From positions 1 to 39,133 of the forward strand of contig DATAYA010000200.1 in NCBI GenBank assembly GCA_036272815.1: a stretch of 39,133 bases of DNA. The letters run 5' to 3'. The DNA comes from Acetobacteraceae bacterium. Its GTDB lineage: Bacteria > Pseudomonadota > Alphaproteobacteria > Acetobacterales > Acetobacteraceae. Shown here one piece after another: positions 26,324 to 35,382 of the stretch. How positions within the stretch are numbered: position 1 is the stretch's first letter; every line of letters begins with the position of its first letter. Under the pieces are notes generated by a model that was not told the origin of the DNA, did no database searches, and saw only the letters and a list, made by a program, of their open reading frames with translations. The position numbers were made by a program, and so were the translations under genes.

Positions 26324-27496
26324 ATGACCGAAGACGGCACTTTCCGCAGCGGCGTCTTCCTCGCCCCGTTCCACGCGGTCGACGAGGATCCGACGCTGCT
26401 GCTCCGCCAGGACCTCGAACTCGTCGAATGGCTCGACCGGCTCGGCTTCGAGGAGGCCTGGATCGGCGAGCACCATTCCGGCGGCTTCGAAACGATCGCC
26501 TCGCCCGAGCTGTTCATCGCGGCGGCGGCCGAGCACACAAGCCGCATCCGCCTTGGCACCGGCGTCGTCTCGCTGCCGTACCACAACCCGCTGATGGTGG
26601 CGCAGCGCATCATTCAGCTCGACCACATGACGCGCGGGCGGGTGATGTTCGGCGCCGGGCCCGGTCTGCTGGTCTCGGACGCGATGATGCTGGGGATCGA
26701 TCCGAACACCCAGCGCGACCGGATGATGCAGGCGCTGGCCGTGATCCTGCGGCTGTTCCGCGGCGAGGCCGTTACCGAGCGCACCGACTGGTACACCCTG
26801 GTCGAGGCGCAGCTGCACCTGTTGCCGTACAGCCGCCCGCATCCGGAGGTTTGTGTGGCCAGCATGGTCTCGCCCTCCGGCGGTCGCGCGGCGGGGCTGC
26901 TCGACCTCGGGCTGCTCTGCGTCGGTGCCACCGACCCGTCTGGCTTCGACGCGCTAGGCACCAACTGGCAGATCGCCCGCGACATCGCCGCCGAGCACGG
27001 CCGCACGATGGACCCGTCGCGGCTGCGGCTCGTGGCGCCGATCCACGTCGCGGCGACGCGCGAGCAGGCGCGCGCCGACGTGCAGCACGGGCTCGGAAAA
27101 TGGATCGACTACCAGTCCAAGCTCAACCCGCAGCGCTTCACCAATCTCGCCGGGCGTGACCCGGTGGATGCCCTGATCGAGAGCGGTTTCGTCGTGATCG
27201 GCACTCCCGACGACGCGGTGGCGCTGATCGAGCGGCTGCAAGCGAAGCAGGGCTGGTTCGGCTGCTTCCTCAATATGGCGACCGACTGGGCGGACTGGGA
27301 GAGCACCCGCCGCAGCTACGAACTCTATGCCCGCCACGTCGTGCCGCAGGTGCGCGGCGCCAATGCGCATCGCACCGCCTCGCTGGACTGGCTGCGACGC
27401 GAGAGCGAGCGCTTCGCCGGCCTGCGCAGCGAGGCGGTGGCCCTGATGTTCGCCAAGCACGAGGCTGACCAGCGGTCCAAGCGCGGCGCGGGGTAG
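26324..27496 (+). CDS. Luciferase-like (LLM class) flavin-dependent oxidoreductase/monooxygenase
   Basis: 390-aa ORF with GVFLAPFH.., LGFEEAWIGEHHSGGFE, RIRLGTGVVSLPYHNPLMVA and MFGAGPG segments typical of the LimB/LuxA-like TIM-barrel family. Confidence 0.8.
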   Translation: MTEDGTFRSGVFLAPFHAVDEDPTLLLRQDLELVEWLDRLGFEEAWIGEHHSGGFETIASPELFIAAAAEHTSRIRLGTGVVSLPYHNPLMVAQRIIQLDHMTRGRVMFGAGPGLLVSDAMMLGIDPNTQRDRMMQALAVILRLFRGEAVTERTDWYTLVEAQLHLLPYSRPHPEVCVASMVSPSGGRAAGLLDLGLLCVGATDPSGFDALGTNWQIARDIAAEHGRTMDPSRLRLVAPIHVAATREQARADVQHGLGKWIDYQSKLNPQRFTNLAGRDPVDALIESGFVVIGTPDDAVALIERLQAKQGWFGCFLNMATDWADWESTRRSYELYARHVVPQVRGANAHRTASLDWLRRESERFAGLRSEAVALMFAKHEADQRSKRGAG

Positions 27497-27514
27497 CGCG
27501 ATCCGCCGCGGACC

Positions 27515-27988
27515 TCACTCCTCGTGCGCCTGCCCCGCCAGCCCCGCCACCCGGGCCAGCAGCTCGGGCGCCCGGAACGGCTTGCGCAGGAAGGCTGCCG
27601 CCGCCGGGCCCGCCATCGCCCGCACCACATCGATCCGCGAATAGCCGCTCACCAGCAGGATCGGCAGCGCCGGCCAGACCGCACGGGCCGTGCGGATCAG
27701 TTCCAGGCCGTTCATCCCCGGCATCGCATAGTCGGCGATCAGCAGCCCGATCCCCGGACCGTACTCAATGCGGCTCGCCGGGCCGTGCTCGTGCAACAGC
27801 CGCAGCCCTGCCGCGCCGTCGGCCGCGCAGAGCACCTCGTAGCCCGCATCCGCGAGAACCAGGGCCGCCATCTCGCGCACGTCGTCGTCGTCGTCGACGA
27901 GCAACACCCGCCCGCGCAGATGCAGGGCGGCGGCGTCCCGCTTGATGCCGGAAGGGCGCGAACCCGCTGGCGACCCGGACGACGGCAT
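27515..27988 (-). CDS. Stand-alone receiver-domain response regulator (CheY-like, no output domain)
   Basis: It has an acidic pocket VLLVDDDDD, a phospho-acceptor context LLIADYAMPGMNG, LLVSGY and LRKPF. ATG 27988 is chosen; the TTG at 28081 is the track alternative. Confidence 0.8.
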   Translation of the reverse strand: MPSSGSPAGSRPSGIKRDAAALHLRGRVLLVDDDDDVREMAALVLADAGYEVLCAADGAAGLRLLHEHGPASRIEYGPGIGLLIADYAMPGMNGLELIRTARAVWPALPILLVSGYSRIDVVRAMAGPAAAAFLRKPFRAPELLARVAGLAGQAHEE

Positions 27989-28199
27989 CGCGTAAATGAT
28001 GGGACCTCCCCCGCACACATGCCGCCGCAGACTGCCGTCGCGACGGCTCCACGCGGCCTCCCGCTCCGGCCCAGGGACCAAGGACCAGGGACCCAGCTGC
28101 CACGGGAGTGGGATCGGAAGCAGACAAGGCGCGTGCCAGCAACATCAAACCGACGCCGCTCACGCGATTGCGTTCAGGAGGGCGCGCGCACCATCGCAG

Positions 28200-30344
28200 T
28201 CAGGCGCCCGGTGCGCCCGGCTCCGGCCTGGCGAGCAGGCTTGCGTCACCGTCCAGCACCTCGACCCGGGTCGCCCCCTCCTCGCGCACGAAACGCAGAT
28301 CGAGCCGCGCCTCGCCCACCCGCAGCCCTCGCAGCGTCACGCCGAGCAGCCATTCGGGCAGCGCCGGGTCGACCATCAACCGCTGCCGCGGCGCGTCCAG
28401 TTGCAACCCGAGAATCGCCTGCAGCAGCGTGAACACCGAGCCGGCCGCCCAGGCTTGCGGCACGTTGGCACCGAGATACTGGACCGGGAAGTTGGTGCCG
28501 TCGCGCTCGATCCCCGAATAAAGTTCGGGGAGTTGGTTGAGCATGAAGAAACTCGCCGCCCGCACCACGTCATGCGCGATCGCCGCCGCCTCCCGGGCGA
28601 AGCCGTAGCGTCGGAAGCCAAGTGCGATGATGCCGTTGTCGTGCGGCCACACCGAGCCGTTCTGGTAGGAATAGGGATTGAACGACGGGTTGTCCGCCGA
28701 GAGCGTGCGGATGCCCCAGCCGCTCCACATATCCGGCCGCATCAGCCGTTCGACGACGCGCGCGGCACGGTCGGGCGGGACGATGCCGGACCACAGGCAA
28801 TGACCGGGATTGGATGCGACCGAGAGGATCGGCCGCTTCTCGCCGTCGAGGCAGAAGGCATAGAAGCCGCTCGCCTCGTCCCAGAATACCTCGTTGAAGC
28901 GTTTGAACAGCGCGGCCGCCTTCTGTCGCAGCGCCGTCGCACGATCGGCGTTGCCGAGGGCGTCGTAGATTTCCGCCATCCGTTGCCAGGCGTCGTAGAC
29001 ATAGCCCTGCAACTCGCAGAGCGCCTTCGGCCCGCGGACGGGGTAACCCTCGACATCGACAACAGCCTCGCCCGCGTCCTTCCAGCCCTGGTTCTCATAG
29101 CCGACCGGCGAGCGCGTCTGGTATTCCTGGAAGCCGTCGCCGTCGCGATCGCCGTATTCGTCGATCCAGGCGAGGCAGCGTTCTGCCGCGCCGAGATGCC
29201 GGTCGAGCAGCGCGCGGTCGCCGGTGGCACGCCAGGCCGAGTGCAGCACGATCGGATAGAGCGGGGTCGCATCCGCGGTGCCATAATAGGGCGTGTGCGG
29301 GATCAGCTTGAAATGCGCGAGTTCGCCGAGGCGTAGCTCGTGCGCGATCTTGCCGGGCTCGGCGTCACGCCAGTCGTCGCGTGCATCCGCCTGCCAGCGC
29401 GCCAGCGCGTCGAGCGCGCCGCGGGCGAAATCCGGGCAGACGATCGCGTTCTGCAGCGAGACGATCAGGCTGTCGCGGCCGAACAGGGCGACGAACCAGG
29501 GCAGGCCCGCGGCAGGCACAAAGCTGCTGCCGTCGCCCGCGATCGGCAGCCGCATCGCCGACATGTCGTCGACCGCCTGCGCGAACAGACGGTTGAAAAC
29601 CGGGTTCGTGCTGTCGACCGCCAGCACCTGCGGCGCCCATTCGTCGTGCGGGCACGCGATGTGGGCGTCCGACGCGACCGCCGTGCAGTCGTCCGGCGGT
29701 GCATAGTGGCGCATACCGTCGACGAGTTCGTAGAGCAGGCAGGCGTGCCATTCGGCTCCCGCCTCCAGCACCACCTCGAAGCTCATGCGGCCGTTTGCAT
29801 AGACGGCGGGGCTGTCGCTGCGCTCGGCCTGGACGATCAGCTCGCGATGGAAATCCTTGTTGCGGTATGTCGTGTCGAGCCGCCCGGTCTGTCCGTCCCA
29901 GCTCGTCGTGATGCGGCCGCGGCGGATGATGCGGTTCGATTTCACCTCGAAGATGTCGGCGAAGTCGCTGCGCAGCACCAGTTCGAGGTTGAAGCGCACC
30001 GGCTTCATGCTGTGGTTGGCGATGTCGATGTCTTCGTGGACCCCGGCCCCGATACTGCGGCTGACGACGAGAGAGAGGGTGCGGGCGGGGATGTCGCCCT
30101 GCTCGGTCGGGATCGACTTGTTGGTGAGGTAGATGCGGGCGGCGCGGTGGTGCAGGCTGCCGCCGTTCAGCAACTCCCAGCTCTCGCCGTTGGCGTAGAT
30201 GTACCAGCCGCTGAGCAGGCGCGTGTCGCGGAAATAGAGGCCCTTGTCGGTCGGCCAGTCGATCTGGCCGTCGGGCTCGGTGACCAGCACGGCGAGACCG
30301 TCATGGATCGCGATCTGCGGCGGGCCGACCTTTATCTCGAGCAT
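28200..30344 (-). CDS. Amylo-alpha-1,6-glucosidase family protein (bacterial/archaeal GDE type: N-terminal GDE_N_bis-like domain plus (alpha/alpha)6 GDE_C domain)
   Basis: ATG is read as cat at 30342-30344 (MLEIKVGPPQIAI..). It has the signature GLPWFVALFGRDSLI, plus WKDAGEAV, SNPGHCLWSGI and YQNGSVWPHDNG. The upstream 244 codons of the 958-aa track ORF overlap the epimerase gene in another frame and are rejected. Confidence 0.85.
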   Translation of the reverse strand: MLEIKVGPPQIAIHDGLAVLVTEPDGQIDWPTDKGLYFRDTRLLSGWYIYANGESWELLNGGSLHHRAARIYLTNKSIPTEQGDIPARTLSLVVSRSIGAGVHEDIDIANHSMKPVRFNLELVLRSDFADIFEVKSNRIIRRGRITTSWDGQTGRLDTTYRNKDFHRELIVQAERSDSPAVYANGRMSFEVVLEAGAEWHACLLYELVDGMRHYAPPDDCTAVASDAHIACPHDEWAPQVLAVDSTNPVFNRLFAQAVDDMSAMRLPIAGDGSSFVPAAGLPWFVALFGRDSLIVSLQNAIVCPDFARGALDALARWQADARDDWRDAEPGKIAHELRLGELAHFKLIPHTPYYGTADATPLYPIVLHSAWRATGDRALLDRHLGAAERCLAWIDEYGDRDGDGFQEYQTRSPVGYENQGWKDAGEAVVDVEGYPVRGPKALCELQGYVYDAWQRMAEIYDALGNADRATALRQKAAALFKRFNEVFWDEASGFYAFCLDGEKRPILSVASNPGHCLWSGIVPPDRAARVVERLMRPDMWSGWGIRTLSADNPSFNPYSYQNGSVWPHDNGIIALGFRRYGFAREAAAIAHDVVRAASFFMLNQLPELYSGIERDGTNFPVQYLGANVPQAWAAGSVFTLLQAILGLQLDAPRQRLMVDPALPEWLLGVTLRGLRVGEARLDLRFVREEGATRVEVLDGDASLLARPEPGAPGA

Positions 30345-31279
30345 CGGGCGTCTCCGGCGAGGGTCTCCGCCAAACCATCTGTGAGCGGGCGCGGATCGTG
30401 CAAGCCAAGGGCGGCGCGGGCGCGGGCGGGGGAGCCGACGCTGTCGCGGATCTCGCCTGCACGCGGCGGGCGGTCTTGCAGGATGGCCCGACGTCCGAGC
30501 AGGCCGGCGATGATCTCCGCGAGCCCGCGCACGCTGGTCGGACGCCCGGTGCAGACGTTGAACACAGCGCCGTGAGCGGGCGCAGCAGCCTCGGACTGCC
30601 GTGCCATCGCCGCCAGCAGGGCCGCGACCACGTCGGCGACGAACACGAAATCCCGCGTCTGGCTGCCGTCGCCGAACAGCTCGACCGGATCGCCCCGGCG
30701 CAGCCGGTCGCAGAAGATTGAGATCACCCCCGAATAGGGTGAGCGCGGGTCCTGCCGTGGGCCATAGACGTTGAAAAAGCGCAGGCCCACGGTCGGGAGG
30801 CCGAACACATGGCCGGCGACCCGCGCGTGTTGCTCGCAGCCGAGCTTGTCGGCGCCATAGGCCGAGAGCGGGCGGGTGGCCGCATCCTCCGCGATCGGCA
30901 GGCGGTCGCAATGGCCATAGACCGCCGCCGAGGAGGCATAGACGAACGGCACCGGTGCGGGCAGCCGGCGGATCGCATCCAGCAGGCCGACGGTCGCCGA
31001 GAGGTTGACCCGGTGCGTGCCCGGCCAGTCCCGCAGGCAACGCTCCACGGAAGCGATGGCCGCGAGGTGGAAGCACCCGGCGACCCCGTCCAGGGACGCC
31101 GCGATCGCGTGCGCGTCGCCGACGTCGCCCACGACCAGTTCGATCCCGGGCGCCAGGTTCCCGCGCCGTCCGGTCGAAAGGTCGTCGAGCACGCGCACCT
31201 CGTGCCCCGCCGCCAGCAGCGCGTCGCAGAGATGCGAGCCGATGAACCCGGCGCCTCCCGTGACGAGATAGCGGCTCAT
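30332..31279 (-). CDS. NAD-dependent epimerase/dehydratase (extended SDR, UDP-sugar 4-epimerase-like)
   Basis: It has VTGGAGFIGSHL (GxxGxxG), the catalytic SAYGADK (YxxxK) and RFFNVYGPRQ. Its stop TAA at 30332-30334 lies 13 nt inside the next gene, and its ATG shares ATGA with the preceding gene's stop. Confidence 0.85.
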   Translation of the reverse strand: MSRYLVTGGAGFIGSHLCDALLAAGHEVRVLDDLSTGRRGNLAPGIELVVGDVGDAHAIAASLDGVAGCFHLAAIASVERCLRDWPGTHRVNLSATVGLLDAIRRLPAPVPFVYASSAAVYGHCDRLPIAEDAATRPLSAYGADKLGCEQHARVAGHVFGLPTVGLRFFNVYGPRQDPRSPYSGVISIFCDRLRRGDPVELFGDGSQTRDFVFVADVVAALLAAMARQSEAAAPAHGAVFNVCTGRPTSVRGLAEIIAGLLGRRAILQDRPPRAGEIRDSVGSPARARAALGLHDPRPLTDGLAETLAGDARCSR

Positions 31280-32325
31280 CCGCGCAAGCTCCGCCGCGCC
31301 CGACCGGCAGCGTCGCGCGCCAGCGCCAGCAGGCCTGCCGGCAGCCGCGGATTGATCGCCAGCAGCCCGATCCGGTCGCGCCGGCGGCTGGTCCAGAGCC
31401 GCTTGTACGGGTCGTCGCCGCGGCCGAAATCGATTTCCATCACGGTTTCCTCATCGAGCAGCCTGCGCAGCATCATGGCTGTCACCACCGTACCGGGAGA
31501 AAGTTGCCTGAAGGCTTCGTCGTGCGCGAGCTTGAATACAATGGCACGTCCGCCGCAGACCGCCCAGAACTGGGCTGCAATCGGCACGGTGCCGCTCCAC
31601 AGCACGCCGAGCCGCAAGCCGCCGCCCGGCGCCAGCGCGCGCATCAGCGCGGCGTTGAAGCGGGGGTAAGGCTCCGGCTCCTTCCAGCTCCTCGCATAGA
31701 CGTGCTCATAGGCAGCTATGCCGGCCTCGATGCCGTCCGGCCCATCGACGACCGCCCCGTCCAGCACCGAGAACCGCCCCGATGTCTCGCGCGCCCAGCG
31801 GGCGAGCTTGCGCCTCACGGTCTGCCGCAGGTTGCCTGGCCGGGCGGCGAGATAGGCGTCCCATCCGATGCCGCCGACCGGCTCGTGCCAGTTGCCGAAA
31901 TGCGCGAAGCGGCGCACCGCGAGACCGGCACCGCGCAGTCCGGCGGCGAAGGCGTCGAGCGGCGGCCACTCGTCCGGCAGCGCGTCAAGCCGCGTCACCG
32001 CGCTCCCTCGCACCAGCACCCCCAGCCGCCGCCCGAGTCCCTCTGCCGCCTCCGCCCCCGCCGGCAGCGGCGTCCAGAGCGTGCTGTAGGGCGTCGTAAG
32101 CGACTGCCAGGTGTTCCCCGGGCCACGCTGCAAGGCGATCAGGCCCGCCGGGCAGACCACGAACGCGGGCGTGGCCTCGGCGGGCATGGCACTGGCCGCC
32201 ACGGCCGCGAACCAGGCGGGCCCGAGGCAGACATGGGTGGCTCCGCCCGCTTCGAGCAGTTCACGGCCCGCGTCGGGCAGGCGCGCGGGATCGTCATGCA
32301 GGGTGAGTGCGGCGTCAGGACGCAT
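31276..32325 (-). CDS. FemAB-fold / BioF2-like GNAT acyltransferase (CelD/BcsL-like family)
   Basis: The ORF is about 350 aa. The C-terminal half (AAYEHVYARSWKEPEPYP.., IAAQFWAVCGGRAIVFKLAHDEAFRQLSPGTV..DFGRGDDPYKRLW) matches my memory of the Acetyltransf_6 / CelD-like family. ATG 32325 is preferred; 32358 and 32382 are alternatives. Confidence 0.6.
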   Translation of the reverse strand: MRPDAALTLHDDPARLPDAGRELLEAGGATHVCLGPAWFAAVAASAMPAEATPAFVVCPAGLIALQRGPGNTWQSLTTPYSTLWTPLPAGAEAAEGLGRRLGVLVRGSAVTRLDALPDEWPPLDAFAAGLRGAGLAVRRFAHFGNWHEPVGGIGWDAYLAARPGNLRQTVRRKLARWARETSGRFSVLDGAVVDGPDGIEAGIAAYEHVYARSWKEPEPYPRFNAALMRALAPGGGLRLGVLWSGTVPIAAQFWAVCGGRAIVFKLAHDEAFRQLSPGTVVTAMMLRRLLDEETVMEIDFGRGDDPYKRLWTSRRRDRIGLLAINPRLPAGLLALARDAAGRARRSLRG

Positions 32326-33100
32326 CCGGCGCACCGCCGCTGCGCCGGCGCAGCGCATAATAGGCGCAGCCGACCCATTCATGGATCGCCAGATAGCTCC
32401 CGCGCCAGCCGCCGAGCGAGGGGATGAAGTCGCTCGCGCGCAACACCAACGGCGAATCGAGCAGCGGCGGCGCGGCGGTCAGGGTCAGGGGAAAGCGCCC
32501 GAACGCGATCAGGGCGCGGCGCTCGTGGAACGCGTCGGTCACGATGTAGATGGACCGGACGCCGTCGCGCAGCAGCATCGGCGCGCTGTAGGCGGCATTG
32601 CGCCAGGTGTCGCGTGAGCGTCCCTCCACCCAGCGGGCCGGCGTCGCGAAATCCTCCGCCAGCGTCCGGGCCATCAGCGCGGCGATCGGCGGCTCGCCCG
32701 GGGTCAGGATCCCGCCGGTGACCAGGATCGGCAAATGCGTCCGCCGCGCCAGCCGCACGCCGCCGAGCAGGCGCCAGAGTGTCATCGGCCCGACCGTCAC
32801 TTCCGGGTGCGACCCGCCGCCGCGCCGCGCCTCGGCACTCAGGATCACGATCGCCTGCGGCGGCGCGCCCGGCGGCGGCGTGAGCGGCAGCCCGGCCTCC
32901 AGGCCGGCGGTCAGCAGGAGGCCCGTCACCGGCATGGCCAGTACCACCAGGACGAGCAGGCAGACCCCCGTGATCGCCCGCCCGGCGCGGCGCCCGCGCG
33001 GGCCGAAGGGCGGCAACCCGAGGAACCAGCCCAGGATCGCCAGCAGCACGAGGCCGAAGGGCGGCAGCACGAGCGCAGTCAGCAGCAGGCGCAGCGACAC
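32315..33100 (-). CDS. DUF218 (YdcF / ElyC / SanA-type) protein with an N-terminal membrane anchor
   Basis: It has ILVTGG.., EGRSRDTWRNA and IVTDAFHERRA motifs and two N-terminal TM segments. GTG 33100 is chosen because it is preceded by GGAGAG at a 9-nt spacing. ATG 33199 and the track start at 33271 are alternatives. Confidence 0.7.
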   Translation of the reverse strand: MSLRLLLTALVLPPFGLVLLAILGWFLGLPPFGPRGRRAGRAITGVCLLVLVVLAMPVTGLLLTAGLEAGLPLTPPPGAPPQAIVILSAEARRGGGSHPEVTVGPMTLWRLLGGVRLARRTHLPILVTGGILTPGEPPIAALMARTLAEDFATPARWVEGRSRDTWRNAAYSAPMLLRDGVRSIYIVTDAFHERRALIAFGRFPLTLTAAPPLLDSPLVLRASDFIPSLGGWRGSYLAIHEWVGCAYYALRRRSGGAPDAS

Positions 33101-33420
33101 GCGATCGGGCTCTCCGGACGTGATAGGGAAGACACAGACTGCCGCAACCGACGCGATCTGGAAACTGCCGGCGGGACGGCGCGCGGCGGCTTGGTGCATC
33201 CCGCTGCTTGCAGCCGCGTTGCAGCGACGACGGCATCGCCGCACGGCCGTCCGCGCCGGATACGCCGGCACCGGTCACGACCGCGGGAGCGCCGCGACGG
33301 CCGAGATCGGGACCCCTAGGCAATACGACGCGGCAGTTGTAACGAGAAAAGTTTTTACCGAATCGGGGGGGACTGGCGTTATCCTTAGTCCACCACGAAA
33401 TACATCCGCGGAGTGCTCGG

Positions 33421-35367
33421 ATGCCGATAGCCGACGACCTGTTCTTCAGTTACGCCCGCTCCTACGAGGCCCGCCGGGAGGCGGAGCTGACCTTGGGGGA
33501 GTTCCTTGAAGGCTGCCGGACTGACCCGATGATGTATGCCTCCGCCCCGGAGCGCATGCTGGCGGCGATCGGCGAGCCCGAGGTGATCGACACCGCGAAG
33601 GACGCGCGCCTCGGCCGCATCTTCATGAACCGGACGATCCGCGGCTATCCGACCTTCCCCGAATTCTACGGCATGGAGGAGACCGTCGAGCGCATCGTCG
33701 GCTTCTTCCGCCACGCGGCGCAGGGGCTGGAGGAGCGCAAGCAGATCCTCTATCTGCTCGGCCCCGTCGGCGGCGGCAAGTCCTCGCTGGCCGAACGATT
33801 GAAAGCGCTGATCGAGGTCCACCCGGTCTACGTGCTGAAGGCGGGCGACCAGATCAGCCCGGTGTTCGAGAGCCCGCTCGGCCTGTTCGACCCGGAGACA
33901 ATGGGTCCGGTGCTGGAGGAGCGTTACGGCATCCCCCGCCGCCGGCTCAACGGGCTGATGAGCCCGTGGTGCCTCAAGCGGCTCGACGAGTTCGGCGGCG
34001 ACGTCTCGCGCTTCCGGGTGGTGCGGGTGCGCCCCTCCCGGCTGCGCCAGATCGCGGTCGCCAAGACCGAGCCGGGCGACGACAACAACCAGGACATCTC
34101 CTCGCTGGTCGGCAAGGTCGACATCCGCAAGCTCGAACTCTATCCGCAGAACGACCCGGACGCCTACAGCTACTCGGGCGGCCTCAATCGCGCCAACCAG
34201 GGCATCCTCGAATTCGTCGAGATGTTCAAGGCGCCGATCAAGATGCTGCACCCACTGCTGACGGCGACGCAGGAAGGCAACTACATCGGGACCGAGAACA
34301 TCGGTGCCATCCCCTTCACCGGCCTGATCCTGGCCCACTCGAACGAGGCGGAGTGGCAGAGCTTCAAGAACAACCGCAACAACGAAGCCTTCATCGACCG
34401 CATCTACGTCATCAAGGTGCCGTACTGCCTGCGCGTGACCGAGGAGCGGCGCATCTACGAGAAGCTGATCGCCGGCTCGGAGCTGTCCGGCGCGCCGTGT
34501 GCGCCCGCCACCTTGGAGATGCTCGCCCGCTTCTCGGTGCTGTCGCGGCTGCGCAAGCACGAGAACTCGAACCTGTTCGCGAAGATGCGCGTCTATGACG
34601 GCGAGAGCCTAAAGGAGACCGATCCGCGCGCCAAGACGATGCAGGAATACCGCGACGCCGCAGGCCCCGAGGAAGGCATGGACGGCGCCTCGACCCGCTT
34701 CGCCTTCAAGGTGCTCGCGGCCACGTTCAACTACGACACGACCGAGATCGCGGCCGACCCGGTGCATTTGATGTACGTGCTGGAGCAGGCGATCCGCCGC
34801 GAGCAGCTCCCCGAGGAGGCGGAGCGGCGGTACCTCGATTTCATCAAGAGCGACCTCGCGCCGCGTTACGCCGAGTTCATCGGGCACGAGATCCAGAAAG
34901 CGTACCTGGAGAGCTACCACGATTACGGACAGAACCTGTTCGACCGCTACGTGTCGTATGCGGATGCATGGATCGAGGACATCGACTTCAAGGATCCCGA
35001 CACCGGCCAACTGTTGAACAGGGAACTGCTGAACCAGGAGCTCACGAAAATCGAGAAGCCGGCGGGGATCGCCAACCCGAAGGACTTCCGCAACGAGGTA
35101 GTGAAGTTCACGCTCCGCGCACGGGCGAACCACGGGGGCCGCAATCCGTCCTGGACCAGCTATGAGAAGCTGCGCGAAGTGATCGAGCGGCGCATGTTCA
35201 GCCAAGTGGAAGAACTGCTGCCCGTTATCAGCTTTGGCTCGAAGAAGGACAGCGAGAGCGAGCGCAAGCACGACGAGTTCGTCACCCGCATGATGGCGCG
35301 CGGCTATACGGAGCGGCAGGTGCGGCGGCTGGTGGAGTGGTATATGCGGGTCAAGCAGGCTGGATAG
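33421..35367 (+). CDS. prkA: PrkA-family AAA+/serine protein kinase (YeaG homolog)
   Basis: 648-aa ORF with the Walker A motif LLGPVGGGKSSLAERLK and the characteristic N-terminus ..LTLGEFLE..P..YASAPERML. ATG 33421 is preceded by GGAG. Confidence 0.9.
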   Translation: MPIADDLFFSYARSYEARREAELTLGEFLEGCRTDPMMYASAPERMLAAIGEPEVIDTAKDARLGRIFMNRTIRGYPTFPEFYGMEETVERIVGFFRHAAQGLEERKQILYLLGPVGGGKSSLAERLKALIEVHPVYVLKAGDQISPVFESPLGLFDPETMGPVLEERYGIPRRRLNGLMSPWCLKRLDEFGGDVSRFRVVRVRPSRLRQIAVAKTEPGDDNNQDISSLVGKVDIRKLELYPQNDPDAYSYSGGLNRANQGILEFVEMFKAPIKMLHPLLTATQEGNYIGTENIGAIPFTGLILAHSNEAEWQSFKNNRNNEAFIDRIYVIKVPYCLRVTEERRIYEKLIAGSELSGAPCAPATLEMLARFSVLSRLRKHENSNLFAKMRVYDGESLKETDPRAKTMQEYRDAAGPEEGMDGASTRFAFKVLAATFNYDTTEIAADPVHLMYVLEQAIRREQLPEEAERRYLDFIKSDLAPRYAEFIGHEIQKAYLESYHDYGQNLFDRYVSYADAWIEDIDFKDPDTGQLLNRELLNQELTKIEKPAGIANPKDFRNEVVKFTLRARANHGGRNPSWTSYEKLREVIERRMFSQVEELLPVISFGSKKDSESERKHDEFVTRMMARGYTERQVRRLVEWYMRVKQAG

Positions 35368-35382
35368 CGAAGGCCCCGGTCC

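Noticed and set aside
28070-28095. GGACCA/GGGACC micro-repeats (CCAGGGACCAAGGACCAGGGACCC) upstream of the orphan receiver gene
   Set aside because: It is a very short, low-complexity repeat. It lies either within the alternative N-terminal extension of the ORF or in its leader, and there is no palindrome or spacing suggestive of an operator.
30345-31076. 5' extension of the GDE-type glycosidase ORF (958 aa in the track)
   Set aside because: It overlaps the epimerase gene in another frame and is Arg/Pro/Gly-rich. The family-typical N-terminus MLEIKVGPPQ starts at ATG 30344.
33330-33420. Possible sigma54 (TGGCGTT-N4-TTAGT) or EcfG-type (GGAAC-N16/17-CGTT) promoter upstream of prkA
   Set aside because: The sigma54-like string lacks the conserved GC of the -12 element. 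No GGAAC lies at the right distance from the single CGTT. I can only say that the leader is relatively A+T-rich.
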